NCBI GenBank assembly: GCA_963720265.1
Contig: CAVRET010000002.1
Span: forward strand, 931-64,930
From: an uncultured bacterium
GTDB taxonomy: Bacteria; Patescibacteriota; Saccharimonadia; UBA4664
Reading direction: 5' to 3'
DNA: 64,000 nt
A program made the position numbers and the translations under genes. This document shows positions 30,401-37,942 of this stretch, one piece after another (within the stretch, counting starts at the first letter, position 1; each line of letters opens with the position of its first letter). A model generated the notes under the pieces. That model searched no databases. It was not told where the DNA came from and saw only the letters and a list, made by a program, of their open reading frames with translations.

Positions 30401-32108
30401 CGGCCGACAATGGCTCCGGCGGCTCAGGTGCCGCTGACGCTCGCTGAGCGAAGTTCTCAAACAGCCGCGCTGTGCGCTCCCGGCCGTCAGCCCGTGCCTC
30501 CTCGGCCATCTGTTGCCATTGCGCCGCCGTGCCTCGCCCCTCGGGCCAGGCCTCCGGTGGCACGGCCTGTGCTTCAGCCCGCGTCGCAAAATCTTCATAT
30601 GCTCCCGCCCCCGCCTCGTCACCCTGCGCCCGCCGTTCGGCCGCCAGCTGCTCCCATTGTTCCTGGGTACCTTGAAGAATGGGAACCGGCTCACGAGGCA
30701 CCCGCGACATATCAATACCACGCCCGCGCCGCCCTTCGCGCCGCTCATCATCGTCCAGGTCAGCCTCATAGGCGGCTGCCAGATCACGAAATTCTGCCGC
30801 CTCTTGGCGCAGCCTCGCAGCCTCGGCCGGATTGCCCTCCCGCCCGACTCTTTCTGCTTCTCCGCTAGCCTCATTAGCTCGCTGTCTGGCACGTTCAAGC
30901 AACCGGTCTATTCTCGCGTCTTCTGGTTCATTGTTTAAACGCCCCCAACGTTCGGGAATCCTCGGCGGTTCAGGGCTCCTGTTGTCATCAGCTGCCTCTT
31001 GCAGACGGACGCGTTCAGCATCGAGCCAAGCATCCGCCGCTCGATTCCTCGGCGCTTCGTTCAGGCGTTCGTTCATGGCCTCACCCGCAGCTCTGCGAGC
31101 TTCTTGAAGGTTTCCCGCTACCTCACGCGCCCTTCCGGCCGCTTCACCTGCCATATTGGCGGCACCACGCACGCTACCGCCCACTCCGTGACCAACGCCA
31201 CGAGCCGCGTCCCGCACACCTCCCCCAATTCTTGCCCGTAACCCGGATTGTGCCTGCTCCTCAGAAGCGGCAGGTGGGAGCAGTGCACTCGGGTGTGACG
31301 CTGCCTCAAGCCGTGCCCGCGCAGCCTGTTCGCGTAATTCACGCTGCTCTCGCTCATTCAGACGCCTTGCTGCCTCCCAAGCTGCTTCTGGATCGGGCGC
31401 AGCCGCAATTTCTCGTGCCCGGGCTGCACGCTCGCGGGCATCTCGTTCCGCAATTGCAGGATCTTCTCCGGCTGCCGCCGACCAATAGGTTTCTCTCATA
31501 ACTCGACCCGGACCATCAACAGGCTGCCCGCGCCTGGCTTCAAGCCACTCAGGCGGCCGATCCGGATCCTGGGCACCCCTATCCCTAGCTTGCTGCTGGT
31601 AATATTCGGCCCGCTCGCGAAATCCGCCACGCCGGGCTTGCGCGGCAAACCGCGCAAACATCTCCGCCTGACTCTCGCCAGATTGCTGCAACCACTGGTT
31701 AATATCCCCGGCCATAAAATCAGCGAACACCGCATCCTCATGTCGATCGCGCTCACGGTATTCCTGGGCAAGCCGGGAAATCCATTCTTGGGCCCCCTCG
31801 TCAGGCTGTCGCTGTTCCCAATCTGCTAACTGTCTGCCATCTTGTCTCGGCTGGTCCATCCGTTCAACCGCCGGCATCCAAGGTGGAACATCTAGAGCAT
31901 CGTGGTCTTCAAAATCCCAAACATCATCCGGACCCGAACGTGGCAATGGCATGCCCGGCTGCCACGGTTCAGGATCCCGCCGCTGTTCACGCCGAGGTAC
32001 GCGGCGCCAGCGTGGGTCAATCTCTCCCGGGCCGCCGGCGCCTTCCTCTCCACCAGATCCCGGTCCACCCGGACCTTCTCCTCCTCCTGGTCTTCTCGGC
32101 GGCACCAA
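27474..32108 (-). CDS. giant (up to 1544 aa) low-complexity repetitive protein of unknown function
   Basis: Single uninterrupted minus-strand frame of 4.6 kb. The other five frames in this span are short. Extreme R/E/A/D/Q/G bias, Gly/Pro-rich tracts, ~45-aa internal repeats, and no TM or signal peptide. The annotated start (TTG at 32108) lies inside the rbfA terminator U-tract; the first ATG is at 31952. Confidence 0.7.
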   Translation of the reverse strand: MVPPRRPGGGEGPGGPGSGGEEGAGGPGEIDPRWRRVPRREQRRDPEPWQPGMPLPRSGPDDVWDFEDHDALDVPPWMPAVERMDQPRQDGRQLADWEQRQPDEGAQEWISRLAQEYRERDRHEDAVFADFMAGDINQWLQQSGESQAEMFARFAAQARRGGFRERAEYYQQQARDRGAQDPDRPPEWLEARRGQPVDGPGRVMRETYWSAAAGEDPAIAERDARERAARAREIAAAPDPEAAWEAARRLNEREQRELREQAARARLEAASHPSALLPPAASEEQAQSGLRARIGGGVRDAARGVGHGVGGSVRGAANMAGEAAGRAREVAGNLQEARRAAGEAMNERLNEAPRNRAADAWLDAERVRLQEAADDNRSPEPPRIPERWGRLNNEPEDARIDRLLERARQRANEASGEAERVGREGNPAEAARLRQEAAEFRDLAAAYEADLDDDERREGRRGRGIDMSRVPREPVPILQGTQEQWEQLAAERRAQGDEAGAGAYEDFATRAEAQAVPPEAWPEGRGTAAQWQQMAEEARADGRERTARLFENFAQRASAAPEPPEPLSADGSGGPRGGGPGGPGGQGEPEGYRPRQWPEYGPNPLLGMQILDLLDEVQRAQELVQPDRRGNLPESLQSVDYIGIGTDQEREALLSALANELGVDLEEDDTLDEIDRRRHMVRPGGENRSLLWRATIGGARTVSDRRSAVERSVYATDDPNVAIVTIRRANARRNRREGTVGELVRFQAVAIPGGVLTERRQVRGGVEVAISDQLQTFLEQSTWTHDPQGENMGVGVSNVARWREARIAAGAEDLQDHAIDLARRAEVARQQRVAAGLEEEGHHERTQRLAREVDEEQEPARVAQAGLRSLGGPRLVSPERVADMRIIDGWRQLAVRAEGLAEHYREQRTHGQLDPETLRQQYEVIADELEFLGSPRGFQGQTEAGERLLRATTAMQGEYNAQIAAQQQIQEVADAAVQQEQATAEARKQVRQAAADLRAERRQRKENLAAAVEAERRHNEQAIAETNREIDEPRNAEGVDETLRRLFDRADAVLNDADGLAAMSQADARGRRSELRIALARVRSSAIRERMVVAGPDDTTRVEPVIGAVLSGDERQRRTGLADRLNAAGQALSASLDDAPLSRPLSTEAQALDATLGGALSRPPAIERPHSTAIARLVRAAEAQGPFPYSQTGPVTPEQVERLAAAATNARQLSTIRLDLERRDYFEGGKVARDGLPDRKLQARPDHPADQALLDILDARERALTQPAAAQPASAAPAATQAPSGPDNAAAGPAQGQPAAPDTQPPVPPPPDQGQPPAAETEPSPAVQGAAEIGDIIGRTRERRGKRNQQFDAPPQDEQWEIGQLRALLHDVHSTAEANLVGGDIAGRSGDTVVRNADSNLVLQNADSDTETLYNQWADRWYNLRFQERIAEVRQRIKDDRNASVDQIDAAINEIVGILDEAAAGGRDYIRKVDPNRDQGRRNMSRSGFVAYVGPNQHKNNLDYGKELLEYADAAQIELDKRRVSARRRASQGGGGGQQRRRRP

Positions 32109-32133
32109 AAACTCCGGTTACTTCTAACCGGAG
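32106..32133 (-). terminator. intrinsic terminator after rbfA
   Basis: 9-bp stem CTCCGGTTA/TAACCGGAG with a 4-nt loop. On the minus strand it is followed by UUUUUUGG. Confidence 0.6.
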
Positions 32134-32164
32134 TATAGCACAAGCAGCATATCTGGCGCTTCGG

Positions 32165-32497
32165 TCATAAATCCCGCAATAACTGCTCCATTCGGGCCGC
32201 ATCTTCGCCGCCGGTGTCATGCTTAAGGACAAGCCGTGGCACATACTTGGTACTCATGTGCGCGGCCAGCGCCGCCTGCAGTTCTCCTCTGGTTCCGAGT
32301 ACCAGCTTCCATAACCTGGCCTGCTCAGAATCCGAGCCCAACAAGCCAATCCACACCGCGGCCTGGCGCAAATCCGGCGCCGCGTCCACCCGCGTTACCG
32401 TCACGGCCGCCCGGTCGCGCTCCAAAGCCTCGGCCAACTTTGGCGCCACCACCGCCTGAATCAGACTTTCAATTTTCGCCACTCGCTGCGACGCCAT
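32165..32497 (-). CDS. rbfA: ribosome-binding factor A
   Basis: 110 aa, MASQRVAKIESLIQAVVAPKL...VTVTRVDAAPDLRQAAVWI, a KH-like RbfA fold signature. Immediately downstream of infB. Confidence 0.85.
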   Translation of the reverse strand: MASQRVAKIESLIQAVVAPKLAEALERDRAAVTVTRVDAAPDLRQAAVWIGLLGSDSEQARLWKLVLGTRGELQAALAAHMSTKYVPRLVLKHDTGGEDAARMEQLLRDL

Positions 32498-32500
32498 TCC

Positions 32501-34282
32501 TTAGGCCTCAAGTGTCCGCGCGCGTTCTTCCCGCGTAAAGAACTCCAGGTGATCACCCAGCTCAATGCCAACGGAGGTCGCCACATTCAACCCGCAGGTC
32601 TCACCCTCGACCGCTTCTTTGGCGTCCGCCCGGTCCTTTTGCAAGCTCGTGAGCGTTCCTTCGCCAATGAGTTCCTTGCCGCGCCGCACCCGCAGCTTCA
32701 GGCCCGGCGCTACCCGGCCTTCCGTCACCGTCCCGCCGCACACGACATTGGTTTTCGTGGTCTTAAACACGCCCTTAATCTCAAGTTTGCCAACCACGGT
32801 TTCGACCACTTCAGGCGGCAGCATTTGGCTCAATGCATCACGCAAATCATCTGTTAGTTCATAAATCACCCGATACAACCGCACGGTCACATTCTCGCGG
32901 CTAGCCAGCGCTTTCAAGCCCGAGTTAAGGCTCACGTTAAACCCAATCAGCAACGCCCCGGCCGTCTTCGCAAATGCGATGTCCGATTCCGCAATGTCAC
33001 CCACAGCCGAGCTCACCACCTTCACCGCCACCTCGTCACTGCGCAGCCGCTCCAAACTCTCGAGCAACGACTCCAGCGACCCCTTGGTGTCAGCCTTCAG
33101 GACCACGTTGAGCTCTCGCACGTTGCCGGCCGTAATTGCATCCGACAGCGCTCCCACGTCGATCTTCTTAACCCCTAAGGTTTTGGCCTGTTCTCGCCGC
33201 GTTGTCGCAGCCGCCGCCTCACGCGCCGCTTTATCGCTCGCAACGACCCTAAACATATCACCAAACGACGGCACTGCCTTAAAGCCGGTCACTACCGAAG
33301 GCATTCCCGGATCGGCGTGCTGAATGCGCTTGCCCCGATAGTCAGTCAAATTTCGCACCTTCGCATACGTACCACCGGCCACGACATAATCACCAACAGC
33401 CAAGCGACCGGTTTGCACCAGCACCGTTGCCACCGGCCCGCGCCCGGTATCGAGATGCGACTCAATAATTTGCCCCGCGGCCGGACCGTCCGGCCGCGCC
33501 CGCAGGTCTTCAATATCAGCCACGAGCAACACCAGATCAAGCAATTGCTCAATCCCCTCGCCGGTCTTCGCCGACACATCCACCATCACCGTGTCGCCGC
33601 CCCACGCTTCCGGAATCAAACCAAGCTCCGACAATTCTTGTCGCACTCGGTTGGGGTCAGCACCTTCTTTATCAATCTTGGTAATTGCCACCACCATCTT
33701 CACGCCGGCCTCGCGCGCGTGCCGAATGGCTTCCTTGGTTTGCGGCTTTACGCCGTCATCCGCCGCCACCACGATCACTGCCACATCAGTCAACCGCGCG
33801 CCATGTTGTCTGAGCGCGCTAAAGGCCTCGTGTCCCGGGGTGTCAATAAAGGTAATCCACCGATCTCCGCGCTTCACCTGGTAGGCGCCGATATGCTGAG
33901 TGATACCGCCGGCCTCTTTTTCAGCCACATGGCTTTTGCGAATTGCATCAAGCAGCGATGTTTTGCCATGGTCAACATGGCCCATTACGGCCACGATTGG
34001 GGGTCGTGCTGCACCCTCTCCATCGGCCAGTTTCGCTTGTGCGCTGGTTGACACAGCCTCAGCTTCTGGTGCCGCTTCAGCCTCCACCTCGTACCCCAGC
34101 TCTGACCCAATAATAGAGGCTGTATCAAAATCAATCTGCTCGTTAATGGTCGCCATCACGCCGTTTTTCATCAATTCGGCAATAACTCGTGTCACCGGCA
34201 GGCCCAATTTTTCGGCAAACTCACCCACCCCGATAATCTCAGGGACATTAATCGTTTGGTTGTTTACCGCGGGTTCTGCCAT
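32501..34282 (-). CDS. infB: translation initiation factor IF-2 (short form, 593 aa)
   Basis: G domain motifs VMGHVDHGKTSLLD, DTPGHEAF and NKID, followed by domain II and C1/C2. No long N-terminal extension. Confidence 0.9.
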   Translation of the reverse strand: MAEPAVNNQTINVPEIIGVGEFAEKLGLPVTRVIAELMKNGVMATINEQIDFDTASIIGSELGYEVEAEAAPEAEAVSTSAQAKLADGEGAARPPIVAVMGHVDHGKTSLLDAIRKSHVAEKEAGGITQHIGAYQVKRGDRWITFIDTPGHEAFSALRQHGARLTDVAVIVVAADDGVKPQTKEAIRHAREAGVKMVVAITKIDKEGADPNRVRQELSELGLIPEAWGGDTVMVDVSAKTGEGIEQLLDLVLLVADIEDLRARPDGPAAGQIIESHLDTGRGPVATVLVQTGRLAVGDYVVAGGTYAKVRNLTDYRGKRIQHADPGMPSVVTGFKAVPSFGDMFRVVASDKAAREAAAATTRREQAKTLGVKKIDVGALSDAITAGNVRELNVVLKADTKGSLESLLESLERLRSDEVAVKVVSSAVGDIAESDIAFAKTAGALLIGFNVSLNSGLKALASRENVTVRLYRVIYELTDDLRDALSQMLPPEVVETVVGKLEIKGVFKTTKTNVVCGGTVTEGRVAPGLKLRVRRGKELIGEGTLTSLQKDRADAKEAVEGETCGLNVATSVGIELGDHLEFFTREERARTLEA

Positions 34283-34293
34283 CGTCTCATCCT

Positions 34294-34494
34294 TTAAGCT
34301 CGTGCTAATCCTTTAATCGTTTTCGGTAGTATCTCAGCGCACTGATCACTGCAACTGTAGTAGCCGCGGCCCGGCGCCGTCTGCCGCGTATCCCGTGCGA
34401 GCCGTCCGCTGACGACCGTCCAGCGCGTGAGTGACCGCTTGGGCGCTTGCTTCCGGCAGACCCGGCAACGCCGCAGCGGTCCCTCAGCCGCCAT
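34294..34494 (-). CDS. ylxR: YlxR/RnpM family protein (DUF448)
   Basis: 66 aa, RRCRVCRK...GRGYYSCSDQC, the classic YlxR signature found upstream of infB. Confidence 0.8.
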   Translation of the reverse strand: MAAEGPLRRCRVCRKQAPKRSLTRWTVVSGRLARDTRQTAPGRGYYSCSDQCAEILPKTIKGLARA

Positions 34495-35600
34495 TAGCTC
34501 GCCTCGGCTGCTTCGGCCGCCTTGCGGTTGGTCTTAAGCGACAGGCTCAGCTTGTGGGCTTCCGGATCGATCGCGATGATCCGGAACTTCTTGGTCTCGC
34601 CCAGCTTCACGAGCGAATTGGGATCTTCCACATGCGTATCAGAAAGTTCGCTAATGTGCACCAATGCTTCGATCGCGGGCGTCACCTGTACAAAGGCGCC
34701 AAACGGCGTAATCCTGGTAATCTTGCCTTCTACTGAGTCTCCCACTTTGTACTTGGCCGCATCTTTCAGCCACGGGTCGGGCATAAGCTGCTTCATGCTT
34801 AAGGACAGCTTATCGCGGTCAATCGAGATGATCTTGGCCTTCACTTTATCGCCAACTTTCACATAACTGGCCGGATTATCCACCCGGTCCCAGGCGATTT
34901 CAGAAATGTGCACCAGGCCTTCCACGCCGTTCACGTTCACGAAGATGCCAAAGTCGACCACGCCGGTGGCAATACCTTCCACAACGTCGCCGACGGTCAT
35001 CTTGCTAACCTTGCTCTCAGTGTCTTCGCGCTTGGCTGCCTTCTCCGATAGAATCAGCTTGTTATCACGCCGGTTCAGATCCAGTACCCGTACGGACAAC
35101 GGCTTGCTCACCAGCGCGTTCAATCGGTGCAGAATTTCGTCCTTGTCGGCACCGCTCACCCGCGGATAATTCTCAGCCGATAGCTGGCTCACCGGCAAAA
35201 AGCCGCGAATGCCGTCCACTTCCATGAGCAGACCACCCTTGTTGGCGTCAAACGCGCTGGCGCTAAACACTTCGGCCCTGTTAAAGCGCTCCTCCAGGCT
35301 CTCCCAGCCCTTCTCTTTAGCCACTTTGCGCAAACTCAAAATCGCGTAGCCGTGATCATCTTCCGGCTCCAAAACCGAAGCCGAAATCACGTCCCCAGGC
35401 TTAATATCCTGGCTACGCTCAATCTCCCGACCCACTACGAGGCCGGTGCCGCGCGGTCCCAGGTCCAGCCACACCTCGTGCTTCTCGGCCGCGATCACGG
35501 TACCTTCCACGACGTCCCCAGCCGCCATGCCCACTACCGGGTCTTCGGCCAAGAGCTGCTCCATAGTGAGCTCGTCCTTCACTGCTGTCTTTGTTGCCAT
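34494..35600 (-). CDS. rpsA: 30S ribosomal protein S1 (short, 4 S1 domains)
   Basis: Four S1 repeats (GDVVEGTVIA..., GGLLMEVDGIRGFLPVSQLS, GDVVEGIATGVVDFGIFVNV...HISEI, GDSVEGKITRITPFGAFVQV...HISEL). The Met at 35600 (MATKTAVK) is preferred over the upstream ORF-track start at 35681. Confidence 0.8.
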   Translation of the reverse strand: MATKTAVKDELTMEQLLAEDPVVGMAAGDVVEGTVIAAEKHEVWLDLGPRGTGLVVGREIERSQDIKPGDVISASVLEPEDDHGYAILSLRKVAKEKGWESLEERFNRAEVFSASAFDANKGGLLMEVDGIRGFLPVSQLSAENYPRVSGADKDEILHRLNALVSKPLSVRVLDLNRRDNKLILSEKAAKREDTESKVSKMTVGDVVEGIATGVVDFGIFVNVNGVEGLVHISEIAWDRVDNPASYVKVGDKVKAKIISIDRDKLSLSMKQLMPDPWLKDAAKYKVGDSVEGKITRITPFGAFVQVTPAIEALVHISELSDTHVEDPNSLVKLGETKKFRIIAIDPEAHKLSLSLKTNRKAAEAAEAS

Positions 35601-35745
35601 TAAATACGTTTCCGCGCACAAACTGCCTTGTGGCTCATCGCCCCAAGGCGCGCGTACTTCTCCTTCCAAAAAATAGTTCACTCATGCATGGCACATGTAC
35701 GAGTGACTACAATCATCATACCCTATATAAGATCTCTGGTAAAGC

Positions 35746-36234
35746 TTAGGGACGACGAGCCGCTGCCACAATCGCGCGCCGCGACCGCCGCACCGCCAAA
35801 GCCATGAAGACAATTGCGCCCGCGCCAAACGCGCCTGCAATCGGTGTAGCCGGTCCAGTCTGAGGCAGGGGTGCACCAGTTCCGCCGGTCTGCGGCGTCG
35901 TACCACCGGCCACCACGCCACTACCGCCGGTAGTAACAGGCTTCGGAGTTGGACTCGCCTTCGGGCTTTTGGTCGGTGTGGGCGTCTTGCCACCCTGAAT
36001 CGTATTGGCCTGGGGTGTCTGGACCGGAGCCGTATTGGTCGTTGGCTTCCCACCACTGCTGCTTTGGGCCGGCGGTGTCACGGTTGCCATGGCTGTTGCT
36101 TGGGTCTGCTGCTTCGCGGCCTGGTCATGATTAACCTGTGCCTTGCGCTGAGCGTTCCCATACAAAAAGGTCGCTACCACAATCGCGGCAATAATAACCA
36201 GTCCAATAATTGTCTTAACTGCGTCTCGCGTCAT
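35746..36234 (-). CDS. small LPXTG-anchored Thr/Pro-rich surface protein
   Basis: N-terminal TM/signal segment and a low-complexity TPT-rich middle. C-terminal LPQTGP, a hydrophobic stretch, then RRSRRAIVAAARRP: a sortase sorting signal. Confidence 0.65.
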   Translation of the reverse strand: MTRDAVKTIIGLVIIAAIVVATFLYGNAQRKAQVNHDQAAKQQTQATAMATVTPPAQSSSGGKPTTNTAPVQTPQANTIQGGKTPTPTKSPKASPTPKPVTTGGSGVVAGGTTPQTGGTGAPLPQTGPATPIAGAFGAGAIVFMALAVRRSRRAIVAAARRP

Positions 36235-36320
36235 CGCGCACTCCCATCAAACGTATCCCTTGTTGTACCCCATCTGGAGATACCTGGCAAGCACAAGCAC
36301 AAAAAATCATACGCAATTCA

Positions 36321-36392
36321 AAAATAGCCCGCTGTTGCCGAGGAATGGACACCTTGGAGGGGCCAAAACCCAAGCAACAGCGGGCTATTTTT
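36321..36392. repeat. long inverted repeat/hairpin (18-bp stem, ~35-nt loop) in a 350-bp intergenic region. Likely a bidirectional terminator, or part of an ncRNA.
   Basis: AAAATAGCCCGCTGTTGC ... GCAACAGCGGGCTATTTT are perfectly complementary. T-runs follow on both strands. Confidence 0.6.
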
Positions 36393-36585
36393 GTTGGTTT
36401 TAGTTAGGCGCTCTTTTGACATGAGCGCTGGTTGGGGCTTTGGCACGAGCCAATTTGCAAGGAGGTGAGCACTCGCGCATAGCCGGTCAAGGCCCCAACA
36501 CCACTCGTCACCCTCACGGTCGCACTCTAATTTACCACACTATGGAACAAATGTCAACTGTTTTTCGCTAGTTTTTGCTTGGCAG

Positions 36586-37203
36586 TCAAATTCTCAATCC
36601 TTCGGCCAACCGCTCAAAAAAATTTCGGGAATACTCGTAATCGGTCCGGCCCATCTCCCGCGCCTCCGGAGTCGTAATTGCATCCCACTTGCGCTTGAGA
36701 TGCCCACCAGTCCAAAAATCCGCAACAATCATCTCCATCGTATCGCCGCGCAGTGTCCGCACCATCACAATCCGCGCTACCCCCACCGGCCCAAAGGCGT
36801 CCAATTTGTCGGCGTCCCGCAGCAGCCTCGTCTCAACCGCTTCATCATCGCGCCGGTATTTCGGGTCCGAGCCGTGGTGTGCCACTGCATCAACCGCGCG
36901 CGCCAGCCTGTCAGCCGGAAAATCCGCTTCTTGCAAGACTTCGCGCGCCACCACTGCATCCAACTCATGAGAATCTTCGCCTTGCCGTTCCGGATAATAC
37001 CCGGCCATATCATGCACCAAACAAGCCCCGGCCAGTACCTGTTCGTCATAGGTAGCATCCAACTTTTCTGCCAGCGCTACTGCCTTCCGCCACACCCGTT
37101 CGTGATGATCCGGCCCGTGGCTCTTCAGCGGATTCGCCGCCTCGTGATACCGTCGTTTATTGGCTTCAAGCAAACGTTTTTCAAGTTCATAATCTGATTT
37201 CAT
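36586..37203 (-). CDS. HD-domain phosphohydrolase
   Basis: ...HGPDHHERVW..., LVHDMAGY and ...LRDADKLDAF (H...HD...D motif series). Confidence 0.75.
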   Translation of the reverse strand: MKSDYELEKRLLEANKRRYHEAANPLKSHGPDHHERVWRKAVALAEKLDATYDEQVLAGACLVHDMAGYYPERQGEDSHELDAVVAREVLQEADFPADRLARAVDAVAHHGSDPKYRRDDEAVETRLLRDADKLDAFGPVGVARIVMVRTLRGDTMEMIVADFWTGGHLKRKWDAITTPEAREMGRTDYEYSRNFFERLAEGLRI

Positions 37204-37267
37204 AGGCGCAATTATAGTACAATAACGCCCACCCGGGCAGGGCGCACCTACCTACATCGAAAGGCCC

Positions 37268-37942
37268 ATGCCGATGACACAGACCGATAGTCTTTCCGCA
37301 ACGACTCTCAGGCATCGACTCCGCCACCGCGAAGTATTCGTTAGAGGCGTTGTCGACAAAAATAACCCAACGCTCGTCCGAATGTTGGCCCTTGGCGCCA
37401 ACGACGCTGGAACACATGCTGGCGCCGTATCATTCAACGGTCACGTGACCTCGATCACGGCCTTGCGGCTTGGCAGCCACAGTCCACTAATTACCGGCTT
37501 CCCTTTCGGTCTCGTAGACGACACCGTGCTCGAAAGCCTGGGGCGCATCGTAGAGGAACTACAAGAATGTCACGAGAAATGGGGGTTGCCAGACGCAGTG
37601 GTGTGGGCCGGATGCAGCCCCCACGGCACTGCAACTCGATCCGATCCGTCAGCGAAACTGCCGCTGCAGCATCTCACGGCCATGTGCGTTGGACTGACCA
37701 TCAAATCCACACTCGTCCGCGACTGGCTGTCCAGCGACTTGAACTGGCGACCGATCGTCTCCGCCATGTTGCAGCAACTCCAAGGCAACCTGGTGAATGC
37801 CAATATGCCTACTCAACTCGACTACTGGCACTTAGCCGAGCGCGCCCTGCCCGGGCCGCTCAAACCGCTCAAATTACCATCCCGCTTATGCTCGACCCCC
37901 CATTTCCAAAACGCTATAGTACCTAGCAATACAGGAGGGTGA
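37268..37942 (+). CDS. hypothetical protein (224 aa), translationally coupled to the ImmA/IrrE-like peptidase gene
   Basis: Only long frame in this span. Ends with ATGA overlap onto the next gene. No recognisable domain or HTH. Confidence 0.45.
   Translation: MPMTQTDSLSATTLRHRLRHREVFVRGVVDKNNPTLVRMLALGANDAGTHAGAVSFNGHVTSITALRLGSHSPLITGFPFGLVDDTVLESLGRIVEELQECHEKWGLPDAVVWAGCSPHGTATRSDPSAKLPLQHLTAMCVGLTIKSTLVRDWLSSDLNWRPIVSAMLQQLQGNLVNANMPTQLDYWHLAERALPGPLKPLKLPSRLCSTPHFQNAIVPSNTGG

Noticed and set aside
32017-32244. 75-aa minus-strand ORF overlapping the rbfA 3' end and the start of the giant gene
   Set aside because: Arg/Trp/Gly-rich out-of-frame overlap of the rbfA terminator region. No support as a gene.
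33317-34051. 244-aa plus-strand ORF opposite infB
   Set aside because: Antisense to the IF2 G domain. Kept only the infB call.
34494-35681. Possibility that the gene upstream of ylxR is nusA (expected by synteny)
   Set aside because: The translation shows four consecutive S1 repeats and no NusA N-terminal or KH domains, so it is ribosomal protein S1, not NusA.
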